A stretch of 31,122 bases of DNA from a virus (lineage: Duplodnaviria > Caudoviricetes): positions 1 to 31,122 of the IMG/VR virus record IMGVR_UViG_3300017649_000014. The stretch is one strand, 5' to 3'. The position numbers and the translations under genes are program-made. Of this stretch, positions 18,520 to 25,766 are shown in pieces. Numbering within the stretch: the stretch's first letter is position 1; every line of letters starts with the position of its first letter. The notes beneath the pieces were generated by a model that saw nothing but the letters and a program-made list of their open reading frames with translations, ran no database searches and had not been told where the DNA came from.

Positions 18520-18689
18520 TTCGTCACCGCCTGGTCGCCCACATTCCCCGCCATGTACAGCCCAAGTACCCAAGTCGTGTAGCTGACCCACTGGTCGGGG
18601 GTTAGGAGACCCATGAACACCATCGGCAGGCCAACCAGGAACGCCGCACAGCTCAGGATGAACTTGCGGCTGGCGAAGCGGGTGTCCAT
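18516..18689 (-). CDS. Small 2-TM holin/pinholin candidate
   Basis: SRKF followed by two hydrophobic helices; coupled to endolysin and Rz. Confidence 0.65.
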   Translation of the reverse strand: MDTRFASRKFILSCAAFLVGLPMVFMGLLTPDQWVSYTTWVLGLYMAGNVGDQAVTK

Positions 18690-19147
18690 CAGGACTGCCC
18701 CAAACACATCGCCAACTCAGCCTCTCGTCGGCTCACGAGCCCCTTGACCCGCTTGCCGCCCGCGTAGACCCACTTGCGCAGCTCCGGGCACCATGCCGAG
18801 GCTGGTTCGCCCCTGTTGATGCGCTTGACCAGCGTTGAGCCGCACGCGGCCCGTACGCCTACGTTGTAGGTCCAGGACAGGACCGCAGCCCATTCGTCCT
18901 CGGTCAGCGGCTGGCCGATGCAGGCAGCTACGCCGCTCAGGTGCCGGCCAAGGCTCGTCTGGAGGATGGCCTCGCACTCCTCGCGCTTGTACTCATCCTT
19001 GGGGATTCCCTTGGTCTCCCCGTAGCACCACGTCACCTTGCCGACGATGTCCACGTAGGGCTTTGAGCTATAACCCTCCCACGGGCGCACCAGCCCAGCA
19101 GCCAGCAGGAGTACACCTGCAATGCCGCCGATGACTTTGGCCTTCAT
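18689..19147 (-). CDS. Endolysin (GH24 lysozyme, probable SAR type)
   Basis: N-terminal Gly/Ala-rich hydrophobic segment; EG..PYVD..TWCYG catalytic E/D/T; YNVG; GLVSRR. Confidence 0.93.
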   Translation of the reverse strand: MKAKVIGGIAGVLLLAAGLVRPWEGYSSKPYVDIVGKVTWCYGETKGIPKDEYKREECEAILQTSLGRHLSGVAACIGQPLTEDEWAAVLSWTYNVGVRAACGSTLVKRINRGEPASAWCPELRKWVYAGGKRVKGLVSRREAELAMCLGQS

Positions 19148-19353
19148 TCCCTGTCCTGCTTGGAGTCCAGCTTGTTCTCAATCCGTTCCAGCGTCGCGTA
19201 GATGCGCTGCTCGAACCCATCCAGACGGGCGGCCAGCGCCTCCCGAAGGGCCTTCTCCGTGTTCACCCTGCCCTCAAGCCGAATGAGCCATACCAATCCG
19301 CCCAATGCGGCGAGGAAGACGCTGACGCCAGCGCCTATCAAGGTTTCAATCAC
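19144..19353 (-). CDS. Single-TM coiled-coil protein (holin/antiholin candidate)
   Basis: N-terminal TM, LERIENKLD coiled coil; first gene of the lysis cassette. Confidence 0.7.
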   Translation of the reverse strand: MIETLIGAGVSVFLAALGGLVWLIRLEGRVNTEKALREALAARLDGFEQRIYATLERIENKLDSKQDRE

Positions 19354-19368
19354 ATCGATGTCCCCTGT

Positions 19369-19606
19369 ACGAATAGATCCCGGAATCTCTTGGTTATCCG
19401 GACTCTGGGTCCGGCCCCTTACGGGTGGGCCACCGCGACTTCCACCGGGTTCGTGACGGCTGTATCAAGGGGCGCTTACGCGTCCCCAGGCGGCTCCTAC
19501 TGCGCGGACTGGCCGCATGTCAGAGCCTTGCAGCCCTCGGCCCGTGTTCTCCGTTTCCGGTCGTCCGCCAAGGCGGCTACGGGTTAGCCCGACGCTTGCT
19601 GCAATT
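19369..19606 (-). ncRNA. Putative multi-junction structured RNA rich in GNRA tetraloops
   Basis: Four GNRA-capped hairpins plus long-range closing helices; no convincing ORF. Confidence 0.6.
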
Positions 19607-19705
19607 TGGTGCTTGCGGGCCGGGTTGGTTACCGGCTCGGCCGTTTTTGTTGGGTGGCGTGGCCGCCTAAACCGTACTGGCGTGTCCATCCACGCCGCCG
19701 CAAGC
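19607..19705 (-). ncRNA. tRNA-like RNA ending in ACCA, without a canonical anticodon arm
   Basis: 8-bp acceptor GCTTGCGG/CCGCAAGC, D-like arm GGCGT-GGATGGAC-ACGCC, T-like arm GCCGG-TAACCAAC-CCGGC, then A-CCA. Confidence 0.7.
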
Positions 19706-19709
19706 AAAA

Positions 19710-20153
19710 CTACTTTGCCCGTCGCCTCTTGGGCGCAGGCTCAATCTTCAACATCTGCACCGGGTCACTGGTGTACGGGTCAATCTTGGCGACCTGTTTC
19801 ACCGCGTCTCCGGCACTGGCGCCTGCGCGCATGGCGAGCATGGCGGCTTGTGCACCGCTTCCGATGGCTGCTTCCTTGTCCAGCAGGGGGAAGGCTGGGA
19901 ACTCGTCGTCAGCGACCCACAGAGAGCCATCAGGCCGCATGATGAGCAGGCTTGCGCCCTTCATCTTGGGCGGCTCGCCCTCTTCCCCATTCACCATCCA
20001 CTGGGCGGCGGCATAGCCACGGCCAGCGTTACCCGCAATGCCGACTACCCCGCCATCCTTCAGGCGAAACACCTTCTGGACCCGCAGGCTGTAGTCCCAA
20101 GTGCATTGGGTGTCAGCGGCCATCTCGCCCGCTTTGGCGGCGACTGTGGTCAT
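19710..20153 (-). CDS. HslV/proteasome-beta-like Ntn hydrolase
   Basis: M-TT N-terminus, AADTQ, QKV, GIAG, AIGSG and DPYT motifs. Confidence 0.85.
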   Translation of the reverse strand: MTTVAAKAGEMAADTQCTWDYSLRVQKVFRLKDGGVVGIAGNAGRGYAAAQWMVNGEEGEPPKMKGASLLIMRPDGSLWVADDEFPAFPLLDKEAAIGSGAQAAMLAMRAGASAGDAVKQVAKIDPYTSDPVQMLKIEPAPKRRRAK

Positions 20154-20386
20154 TCCAGACCTAGCGCCTGCAATTTGACTTGCCGGGCAGCTTCCTCGGT
20201 GTAGGCCATGAGCCCCAACAGGTCACCGGGGCAGCGAATAGTCGCCTCCCGCGCCTCCACAGTGCCGATGACCGCGAACAGGTCCAGAACCTCGCCAGCC
20301 TCAGCGCGAGTCAGAAGCTCCCTCAGCGCCACGATAATCTCCGCGTCCGGCTCCGGCTTTCCGGATTGGACGAGGCGAAGGGACAT
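20150..20386 (-). CDS. Hypothetical protein, probable first late gene
   Basis: CAGGAG SD; 78 aa; ATGA-coupled to the HslV-like gene. Confidence 0.75.
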   Translation of the reverse strand: MSLRLVQSGKPEPDAEIIVALRELLTRAEAGEVLDLFAVIGTVEAREATIRCPGDLLGLMAYTEEAARQVKLQALGLE

Positions 20387-20398
20387 GCGGGCTCCTGT

Positions 20399-20430
20399 AG
20401 AACCCGGCGTCCTCGTTTGGAACAGCCGGG
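20399..20430 (-). terminator. Leader hairpin, candidate tR'-like terminator
   Basis: CCCGGC..GCCGGG stem followed by TTCT (weak U tract) in the intergenic gap after the Q-like region. Confidence 0.35.
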
Positions 20431-20508
20431 CGGGCGACGGATCACCCAAACTCTTTCCATCTCTACCCTTGTTATCCCATGTATTCCCATTCGTGGCGGG
20501 CGTAATGG

Positions 20509-20781
20509 CTAAACCCAGCCCAGCCCTGCCGGCTTCGGGTATGGGGGAATCAAGTCCCAAGCAAAGATCACTAAGTAGCGCCACCAGCGGGGCGCGGTCT
20601 TGCCGACGACTTGCCCGCGTTGTTGTAATTCGCTCCTTAGGAATATTTCACTCGAACTGTTAAGCCACTCAGGGCACCCAAGCACCACATCGTCGCCAAA
20701 AGTCGCCTTGACGTAGAAAAGGTGCTTCCTGAAGCCATACTTCATCCAGATCCATGTACCTGGCGTGTACTCATCCATCAT
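20509..20781 (-). CDS. Hypothetical protein
   Basis: ATGA-coupled to the Q-like gene; 90 aa. Confidence 0.6.
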   Translation of the reverse strand: MMDEYTPGTWIWMKYGFRKHLFYVKATFGDDVVLGCPEWLNSSSEIFLRSELQQRGQVVGKTAPRWWRYLVIFAWDLIPPYPKPAGLGWV

Positions 20782-21287
20782 GTGTCCCTCGCTACACGAT
20801 GCGCCCACCTGAGCGCGTCCTCGTACTGCCACGCGGCCAGCACGATTGCACCGGCCACAAAATCCCTGATCCGCTGGTATGCCTCCCGATCGCACCCAAA
20901 CTGGCCGGCTCGCTCACGGAGGCTGGTCACGGTCTCAGGACCGAAGATGGCCGCACACAGGCCATCCAGACTCGCCTGTCGCCCCCACTCGTGGTCATAG
21001 CTGGAGACGTACTCCCGGGCACGCAGGCGTAGCTTGGGCTTCATCCGGGCTACCGTGGCCCCCAGTCCGATGGCCCATGCCTGAAGCTCTGGGCAGAACC
21101 GCTCAGTTCCGGAAACCATCGTCAGCCACGCCTTGTAGCCCGGGTGACGCTCGGGCAGGCAGGATGACGCCAGCGACAGGCGCCACAGTGCACCCTCAGG
21201 AAGTGCCCGGCGCGTGAATCCCGCGTAGTACGCCCGCAGGTCCGTGCCACGGACATCCCAATCCCCTACTGCCTCAGCCTTGCCCAT
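20778..21287 (-). CDS. Putative late regulator (Q-like antiterminator position)
   Basis: End of the nin-like region; C-terminal HTH-like SLRERAGQFGCDREAYQRIR. Confidence 0.5.
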   Translation of the reverse strand: MGKAEAVGDWDVRGTDLRAYYAGFTRRALPEGALWRLSLASSCLPERHPGYKAWLTMVSGTERFCPELQAWAIGLGATVARMKPKLRLRAREYVSSYDHEWGRQASLDGLCAAIFGPETVTSLRERAGQFGCDREAYQRIRDFVAGAIVLAAWQYEDALRWAHRVARDT

Positions 21288-22030
21288 CACGCCACCTGCT
21301 TCAGCTTGGCGGCCGAATACGGCTCGGAGTGAGTGGACTGGGACCAGCGCTTGCAGTCGCGGCAGAACCACCGCTTGTAGGTGCGTGTCAGCCCTTCCTG
21401 ATAGCCACGGGCCTGCAAATGGTCGCCGCCGCAGTGCGGGCAGACGTGGGCGCCGTGCATGGCGTGGTTGACCGGAGCAGATGCCCAGCCGCGAGCGCGC
21501 AAGTCCTCGAATACCTCACCGGTCAGGCGCGTGTCCTGGATGTTGTAGCGGCGCATCTTGGCCTGCGCCTTGGGGTCGCCCTGCAGCACGTCGTCCCACA
21601 AGTCGTAGCCGCCAGTTCGGACCTTCCGGCCAACCCCAAGCCATCCGGCCACGAAGTCCAGCTTGTAGCTGGGTAGGCGGGCGTGCTTCTTGACCTGTTT
21701 CATCAGGTCGTAGCGCTTGAACGGTGACGGTGCATGCAGGCGCTGCTCGATGAAGCAGCGTTCCAGCCAAGGGATATCGAACCGGTCAGAGTTCCAGCCC
21801 ATCACTACGTCCGCCTCATCGAACAAGCGGTGAGCGGCCTTGACCATATCCCGCTCGCCATCCGTCCACTGGGCGTGGAAGTGAACCTTCCGCTCTCCGC
21901 TAAACTGGGCGGCAAAGCACAGCAGTCCGTCCGGACGCTGAATCTGGTTGATGCCGATGTTCTGGCCCCACAGACCCCAGTGGCGGGACTCCATTGGGCG
22001 CGTTTCGATGTCTATCGTTAGCAGTCTCAT
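21287..22030 (-). CDS. DEDD/RNase H-like 3'-5' exonuclease with C-terminal Zn ribbon
   Basis: DIET, GWNSDRFD, YKLD and YNIQD motifs; CPHC..CRDC. Confidence 0.9.
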   Translation of the reverse strand: MRLLTIDIETRPMESRHWGLWGQNIGINQIQRPDGLLCFAAQFSGERKVHFHAQWTDGERDMVKAAHRLFDEADVVMGWNSDRFDIPWLERCFIEQRLHAPSPFKRYDLMKQVKKHARLPSYKLDFVAGWLGVGRKVRTGGYDLWDDVLQGDPKAQAKMRRYNIQDTRLTGEVFEDLRARGWASAPVNHAMHGAHVCPHCGGDHLQARGYQEGLTRTYKRWFCRDCKRWSQSTHSEPYSAAKLKQVA

Positions 22031-22031
22031 A

Positions 22032-22079
22032 TCCATCCTTGGGGCCGTCCTTGGCCGGTTGTCCTTGGGGTGCGTCCGT
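22032..22079 (-). promoter_or_regulatory. Candidate CsrA/RsmA binding array
   Basis: Five ANGGA motifs in 48 nt; one in a hairpin loop and one forming the SD. Confidence 0.55.
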
Positions 22080-22229
22080 TCAGTCGAACCAGTGCTTGTG
22101 GTCCATCGCGATCCAACCCATCGAACATCCGAATAGGAACGCAAGGGCATGCTCAGGCACCACGCCAGCGATAAGGCTGACAGATGCCACGTACACCCAG
22201 AACTTCCATTTTGAAAAGATCATCGTCAT
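22080..22229 (-). CDS. Small hydrophobic membrane protein (not in the ORF track)
   Basis: MTMIFSKWKFWVYVASVSLIAGVVPEHALAFLFGCSMGWIAMDHKHWFD; ATGA-coupled. Confidence 0.6.
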   Translation of the reverse strand: MTMIFSKWKFWVYVASVSLIAGVVPEHALAFLFGCSMGWIAMDHKHWFD

Positions 22230-22726
22230 TCCTCGTCAGTCAGGCGCGTGGTGTCCGCGGCATAGGCGGCTCGGTCATGTTCGTGGGCCTCCCCCGCTTT
22301 CAGCCCCGATGTCGGGCCGTCCTCGTCGTGGATTTCCAGTAGCGCGGCGACGATGGGGGAGTCCGGCAGGTCGGATACGTCGGGGAATGGCTTGGCCTTC
22401 GGGACGTTCTTGGCCCCGGGCGCGATTGGTGCGCCGAGCGCTTCTAGCTCCTTCTGGAGCAGCGCAAGCGCCCTCCACGCCACCTTCGTGCTATGCAGGA
22501 CACCATCGGTATCGACCGTGCCGCGATGCATGAAGTGGCGGAACAGCGCATCAGCCTCGTCGCCGGATTTGCTCCGGTCCCAGTGCAAGGGAGTTCCGGG
22601 GTTGTGCTGCTCGTTGCCCTTGGCGGACAGTGCGGCGACTGCAACCAGTGCGCTCGGGAAGTAGTCCAGTAATCCAGTGGCTAATGGGATTGCCTTGCGA
22701 GCCTGCGGGTCGTCGGGGAGGGCCAT
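22226..22726 (-). CDS. dATP/dGTP diphosphohydrolase domain protein (DUF5664-like)
   Basis: YFPSALVAVA..GNEQHNPG..HWDRSKS..DALFRH..AWRALA motifs. Confidence 0.8.
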   Translation of the reverse strand: MALPDDPQARKAIPLATGLLDYFPSALVAVAALSAKGNEQHNPGTPLHWDRSKSGDEADALFRHFMHRGTVDTDGVLHSTKVAWRALALLQKELEALGAPIAPGAKNVPKAKPFPDVSDLPDSPIVAALLEIHDEDGPTSGLKAGEAHEHDRAAYAADTTRLTDEE

Positions 22727-22727
22727 G

Positions 22728-22934
22728 TCAGCGCTTCCCCGGCATGTACAGTTGCCTCTTCGGCTGTGATTCCGCTTTGAGAATCGCGCTCCAGACGCGC
22801 CAAGGCCCCTTCTGCATGAAGGCTTTCATCAGCTTCTTCGGGAGGTGGTACTCGCGCTGACTGAGGTGGTTCAACATCTCCCGCCTCGCGCGCATCACCT
22901 CGGCGGTCGTGGTTGGGTCGAACTGGGTAGCCAT
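22728..22934 (-). CDS. Hypothetical protein
   Basis: AGGAG SD; lies in the operon. Confidence 0.7.
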   Translation of the reverse strand: MATQFDPTTTAEVMRARREMLNHLSQREYHLPKKLMKAFMQKGPWRVWSAILKAESQPKRQLYMPGKR

Positions 22935-22970
22935 CTCGATCTCCTATCGGATGGCTGCCATTAAAATGAC

Positions 22971-23246
22971 TTATGCGGAACGTGTCGCGGAACGACTGGG
23001 CCGATTTAGGGCCGATTTTCTCCATTTTCTAATGGTTCGCTCATTGACGTTGAACCTCTCAGCCAAAGCGGCGCTCTTGTTCTCAAAATTGAGAAGAAGT
23101 TGGTCGCGCTGGTTATCGATAATGCTCTGGACTGCGCGTAGCTCAAGCGGGCTAACTAGCTGCTCAATCACATCGCGCGACGCTCCAGCCTCGACTAGCT
23201 CGTCAACACACCTGGATATCGCAGAATTGACTCGTGAGTAGTCCAT
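22971..23246 (-). CDS. HTH protein (Mor-like C-terminus)
   Basis: ALAERFNVNERTIRKW HTH; GGGGG SD. Confidence 0.7.
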   Translation of the reverse strand: MDYSRVNSAISRCVDELVEAGASRDVIEQLVSPLELRAVQSIIDNQRDQLLLNFENKSAALAERFNVNERTIRKWRKSALNRPSRSATRSA

Positions 23247-23254
23247 CTATCCCC

Positions 23255-23566
23255 CTAACTGCAATCCACTATCCGTACCTGCCAGAAGCGGCCTACCTTG
23301 TGCCAGCCCCATACCTCTACGCGCCACCCTGCTTGCCTGATGGCGCTGATGTGTTCCGCCTCAGCAATCTTCTTCACCCGAGACGAGACGTTGCTGTAGC
23401 TCGTTGCCTGGACCAATAGCGTTTCGCCATCCTTCAGGGCCAAGACGTCGCCGATGTTGAACAGGTCCAGCCGAGTCTTGGTGATGTGGTTCCACTTCTC
23501 CACCACCCACGGCCGCCAGCCGTCCTTGCGTAGCTTGTCCAGCGTCCTTGCTGTTGGGCTGGTCAT
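23255..23566 (-). CDS. PD-(D/E)XK nuclease, Holliday-junction-resolvase-like
   Basis: LRKDGW..DLFNIGDVLAL..LLVQAT motifs. Confidence 0.65.
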   Translation of the reverse strand: MTSPTARTLDKLRKDGWRPWVVEKWNHITKTRLDLFNIGDVLALKDGETLLVQATSYSNVSSRVKKIAEAEHISAIRQAGWRVEVWGWHKVGRFWQVRIVDCS

Positions 23567-23832
23567 TTGATTTCGCCATCCCATCTGACTGCGCCTCTAT
23601 CGGCCCAAACCGAATAGCCCCAACACCCGTAGCACCCCACTCGCCTCTTCTTGTGTCCATGCGCATACCCACAGACGTGACCGCATTCAAGACGCAATAC
23701 TCGCCTCTCTTTGATGATGGTTCGCTTCCATGTGGTAGTTGTGTACTTGTCCTTTTTTACGGTCTCCACGAACTCATATACCTCTTCACACGTCCCGCTC
23801 TCTACAATCCTCCTCAGCGGCGCCCTATCCAT
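23563..23832 (-). CDS. Hypothetical Cys/His protein
   Basis: LECGH..CYGC; overlapping starts and stops with neighbours. Confidence 0.55.
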   Translation of the reverse strand: MDRAPLRRIVESGTCEEVYEFVETVKKDKYTTTTWKRTIIKERRVLRLECGHVCGYAHGHKKRRVGCYGCWGYSVWADRGAVRWDGEIK

Positions 23833-24073
23833 TCGACTTCTCCAGTAGTTTTCGGCCCTTGTCGGTAATCGTGTAGGTCTGGGCACCAATCCCAAGCTCC
23901 TCCATCACCAAGCTAAGGCAGTCGTTCCATCCATCCACATATCCCGGCGGCCACTGGTCTCCGTCGATCATCGCTGGAAGATTGTCTAGACACATCATCC
24001 GGAGTATCGCCAGCGCTGCGGCCCTGTGCTCGTCCACTAAGCGCTCTCGGATTGGCTTGTTCTCGTCCATCAT
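23825..24073 (-). CDS. Hypothetical protein
   Basis: GYVDGWNDCL motif; ATGA-coupled. Confidence 0.65.
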   Translation of the reverse strand: MMDENKPIRERLVDEHRAAALAILRMMCLDNLPAMIDGDQWPPGYVDGWNDCLSLVMEELGIGAQTYTITDKGRKLLEKSNG

Positions 24074-24459
24074 TGCTGCTCCAATAGTTCGTCTTGGTAC
24101 TTCTGCCATGCCTCGGTTCCGCGTCCATATCCGGGAAGTGCGCCGTAGGTCCATTCCCGAAAATCTGCCGCGCTGAAGAAGCTCGGTCCGTACAGTTCGC
24201 GCATGTCGTAGGTGGAGTGCCCCGGAATGAGTGTTCCTTGGTGATGCCAGCTACAGAGGGCCACTACCGCGTCCTGTCCTAGCTGCTTGGCCCCGTGCCA
24301 GTCGTTGAAGTTCCGGTGATGGATTTCCGTCGCCCCGGCCTGCCGGTCCTGCATGCCATTCGCTATTCGCAAACGGCAAACAACACACCCCAGCGCCCTA
24401 GCCCGGTCCTGATAGTCCTGCTGCGCCAGTGTTGGCGGCTTGCGTTTGGCGAGGGTCAT
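24070..24459 (-). CDS. Ref-family recombination enhancement (HNH-type) nuclease
   Basis: LGCVVC..EIHH..LCSWHH motifs. Confidence 0.8.
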   Translation of the reverse strand: MTLAKRKPPTLAQQDYQDRARALGCVVCRLRIANGMQDRQAGATEIHHRNFNDWHGAKQLGQDAVVALCSWHHQGTLIPGHSTYDMRELYGPSFFSAADFREWTYGALPGYGRGTEAWQKYQDELLEQQ

Positions 24460-25097
24460 GCAATCAACCTCCCCTGACGCTGTGCGTCCTCGATGCGGCG
24501 GCAGGCGATGTCGAAATACTTGGGTTCGATTTCTATTCCAATGAAGGGGCGACCCAGGTTCACGCAGGCAACACCCGTGGTTCCGCTACCCATGAACGGG
24601 TCTAGAACAATTCCGCGTGTCCATCCCACAAACTGCTCCATCAGATACACGGGCTTCTCGGTCGGATGCTCGCCGTTCCCTGTACGCGGGGCGCGCACGA
24701 CATCGGTCGGGCGCTTTCCAGGCCACGAGTGCTCCGGTCCTGGCCAGAACATGGCAATCTCGGTCTGCCTGGCGTGCTCGTGCTCTAGGTCGCCCATCGA
24801 CCAATTGTTCTTGACCCAAGTCACACACGACTTCGGCTTAGGGACGCCGTCCTGCAGGTTGTCCCATCGGCAGAACACATAACGCGAGTGCGACGCCGGG
24901 ATGCCGCAAGCCCAAGCCAATAACCCGACATCATCGTCGTTGGCAATCCTGGCGTGTTGTTCGTTCCGGAAATTGGACTGGAAGCTCATCCCATACGGCG
25001 GATCGGTAATCACCGCGTCCACCGTCGGCAGCGTCGGCAGTATGTCCCGGCAGTCGCCTAGGTACAGGGTTGCGCTTCCGATAACAACGGGATTCAT
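24456..25097 (-). CDS. Orphan N6A/N4C DNA methyltransferase (beta class)
   Basis: DPPY precedes HPTEKP and DPFMGSGTT. Confidence 0.92.
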   Translation of the reverse strand: MNPVVIGSATLYLGDCRDILPTLPTVDAVITDPPYGMSFQSNFRNEQHARIANDDDVGLLAWACGIPASHSRYVFCRWDNLQDGVPKPKSCVTWVKNNWSMGDLEHEHARQTEIAMFWPGPEHSWPGKRPTDVVRAPRTGNGEHPTEKPVYLMEQFVGWTRGIVLDPFMGSGTTGVACVNLGRPFIGIEIEPKYFDIACRRIEDAQRQGRLIA

Positions 25098-25495
25098 GCC
25101 GCCACCTGAAAGTCATTCGGATTGAACCCAAGCCCACGCAGTACCGTGTCTGACCATCGGACCGGCGCGGCATTGATGTGCTGGGATTTCGGGTCGTCGC
25201 CGATTTGCACGGCAATCGTGATGGCGTCAGCGGCTTGCGAGCGAGACAGGTTCAGACTGGAGCCGCCCAGCATGATGAATCCTGCGGCGCCTTCACCCCG
25301 GTCAATCGCCGGCATCATTCGCCAGCCGAGAATGGTTCCGGCGAGCATGTGGCGCCAGTCGTCCTTGCTTAGCCGGTTGCCGTGCCACGACAGTTGCGCA
25401 GCCAAGTCACCACAGATGGCGTTCAGCATCTTGCGTTGCTGGTCGGTCATCCTGCTGTGGCCTTCGAGCTTCCAGTCGTCGGGGGTGATGTTCAT
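25094..25495 (-). CDS. ninB: NinB-family recombination protein
   Basis: MLNAICGDLAAQLSWHG..DDWR..MLGGSS motifs. Confidence 0.75.
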   Translation of the reverse strand: MNITPDDWKLEGHSRMTDQQRKMLNAICGDLAAQLSWHGNRLSKDDWRHMLAGTILGWRMMPAIDRGEGAAGFIMLGGSSLNLSRSQAADAITIAVQIGDDPKSQHINAAPVRWSDTVLRGLGFNPNDFQVAA

Positions 25496-25496
25496 T

Positions 25497-25765
25497 TCAA
25501 CCAAACCTCAAGCCGCACGCGGCGTAGTGCTCAAGCACGGATAGGTAGGACTCGGCGTCGATGGAGATGCACCGCTTCCCGTTGATGGTGGTTTCGACAG
25601 GTGGAGTACGCCGGTACCCCGGATTGAGGGCGGCATAGCTTCGCGGCCCATCGCCAAAGCGACCTTGCGGGATATGGGGCGACCCCATAGCAGCAGGGAG
25701 GCCGCCATCAGCTCCTCCGTGTTGAACCCTTCCTTTTCGAGCAGCCATACGGTCTCCTTGTCCAT
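25497..25765 (-). pseudogene. Small gene apparently interrupted by a frameshift
   Basis: Coding-like 5' half (MDKETVWLLEK..) and 3' half (..VETTINGKRCISIDAESY..) lie in different frames. Confidence 0.45.
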
Positions 25766-25766
25766 C

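Noticed and set aside
19607-19705. Functional tRNA-Sec or other decoding tRNA
   Set aside because: No 7-nt anticodon loop on a proper stem, no TCA anticodon and no TTC T-loop
19390-19942. Track ORFs over the non-coding block (65, 81, 80 and 141 aa)
   Set aside because: No clear SD or coupling, Arg/Pro-rich shadow composition; RNA structure explains the region better
22226-22726. Z-base (2-aminoadenine) or other hypermodified-DNA pathway
   Set aside because: No PurZ, phage DNA polymerase or modification enzymes are visible; the hydrolase domain alone is insufficient
24456-25097. Restriction-modification system
   Set aside because: The methyltransferase lies in the nin-like operon, and neighbouring nucleases look like Ref and a resolvase rather than a cognate restriction enzyme
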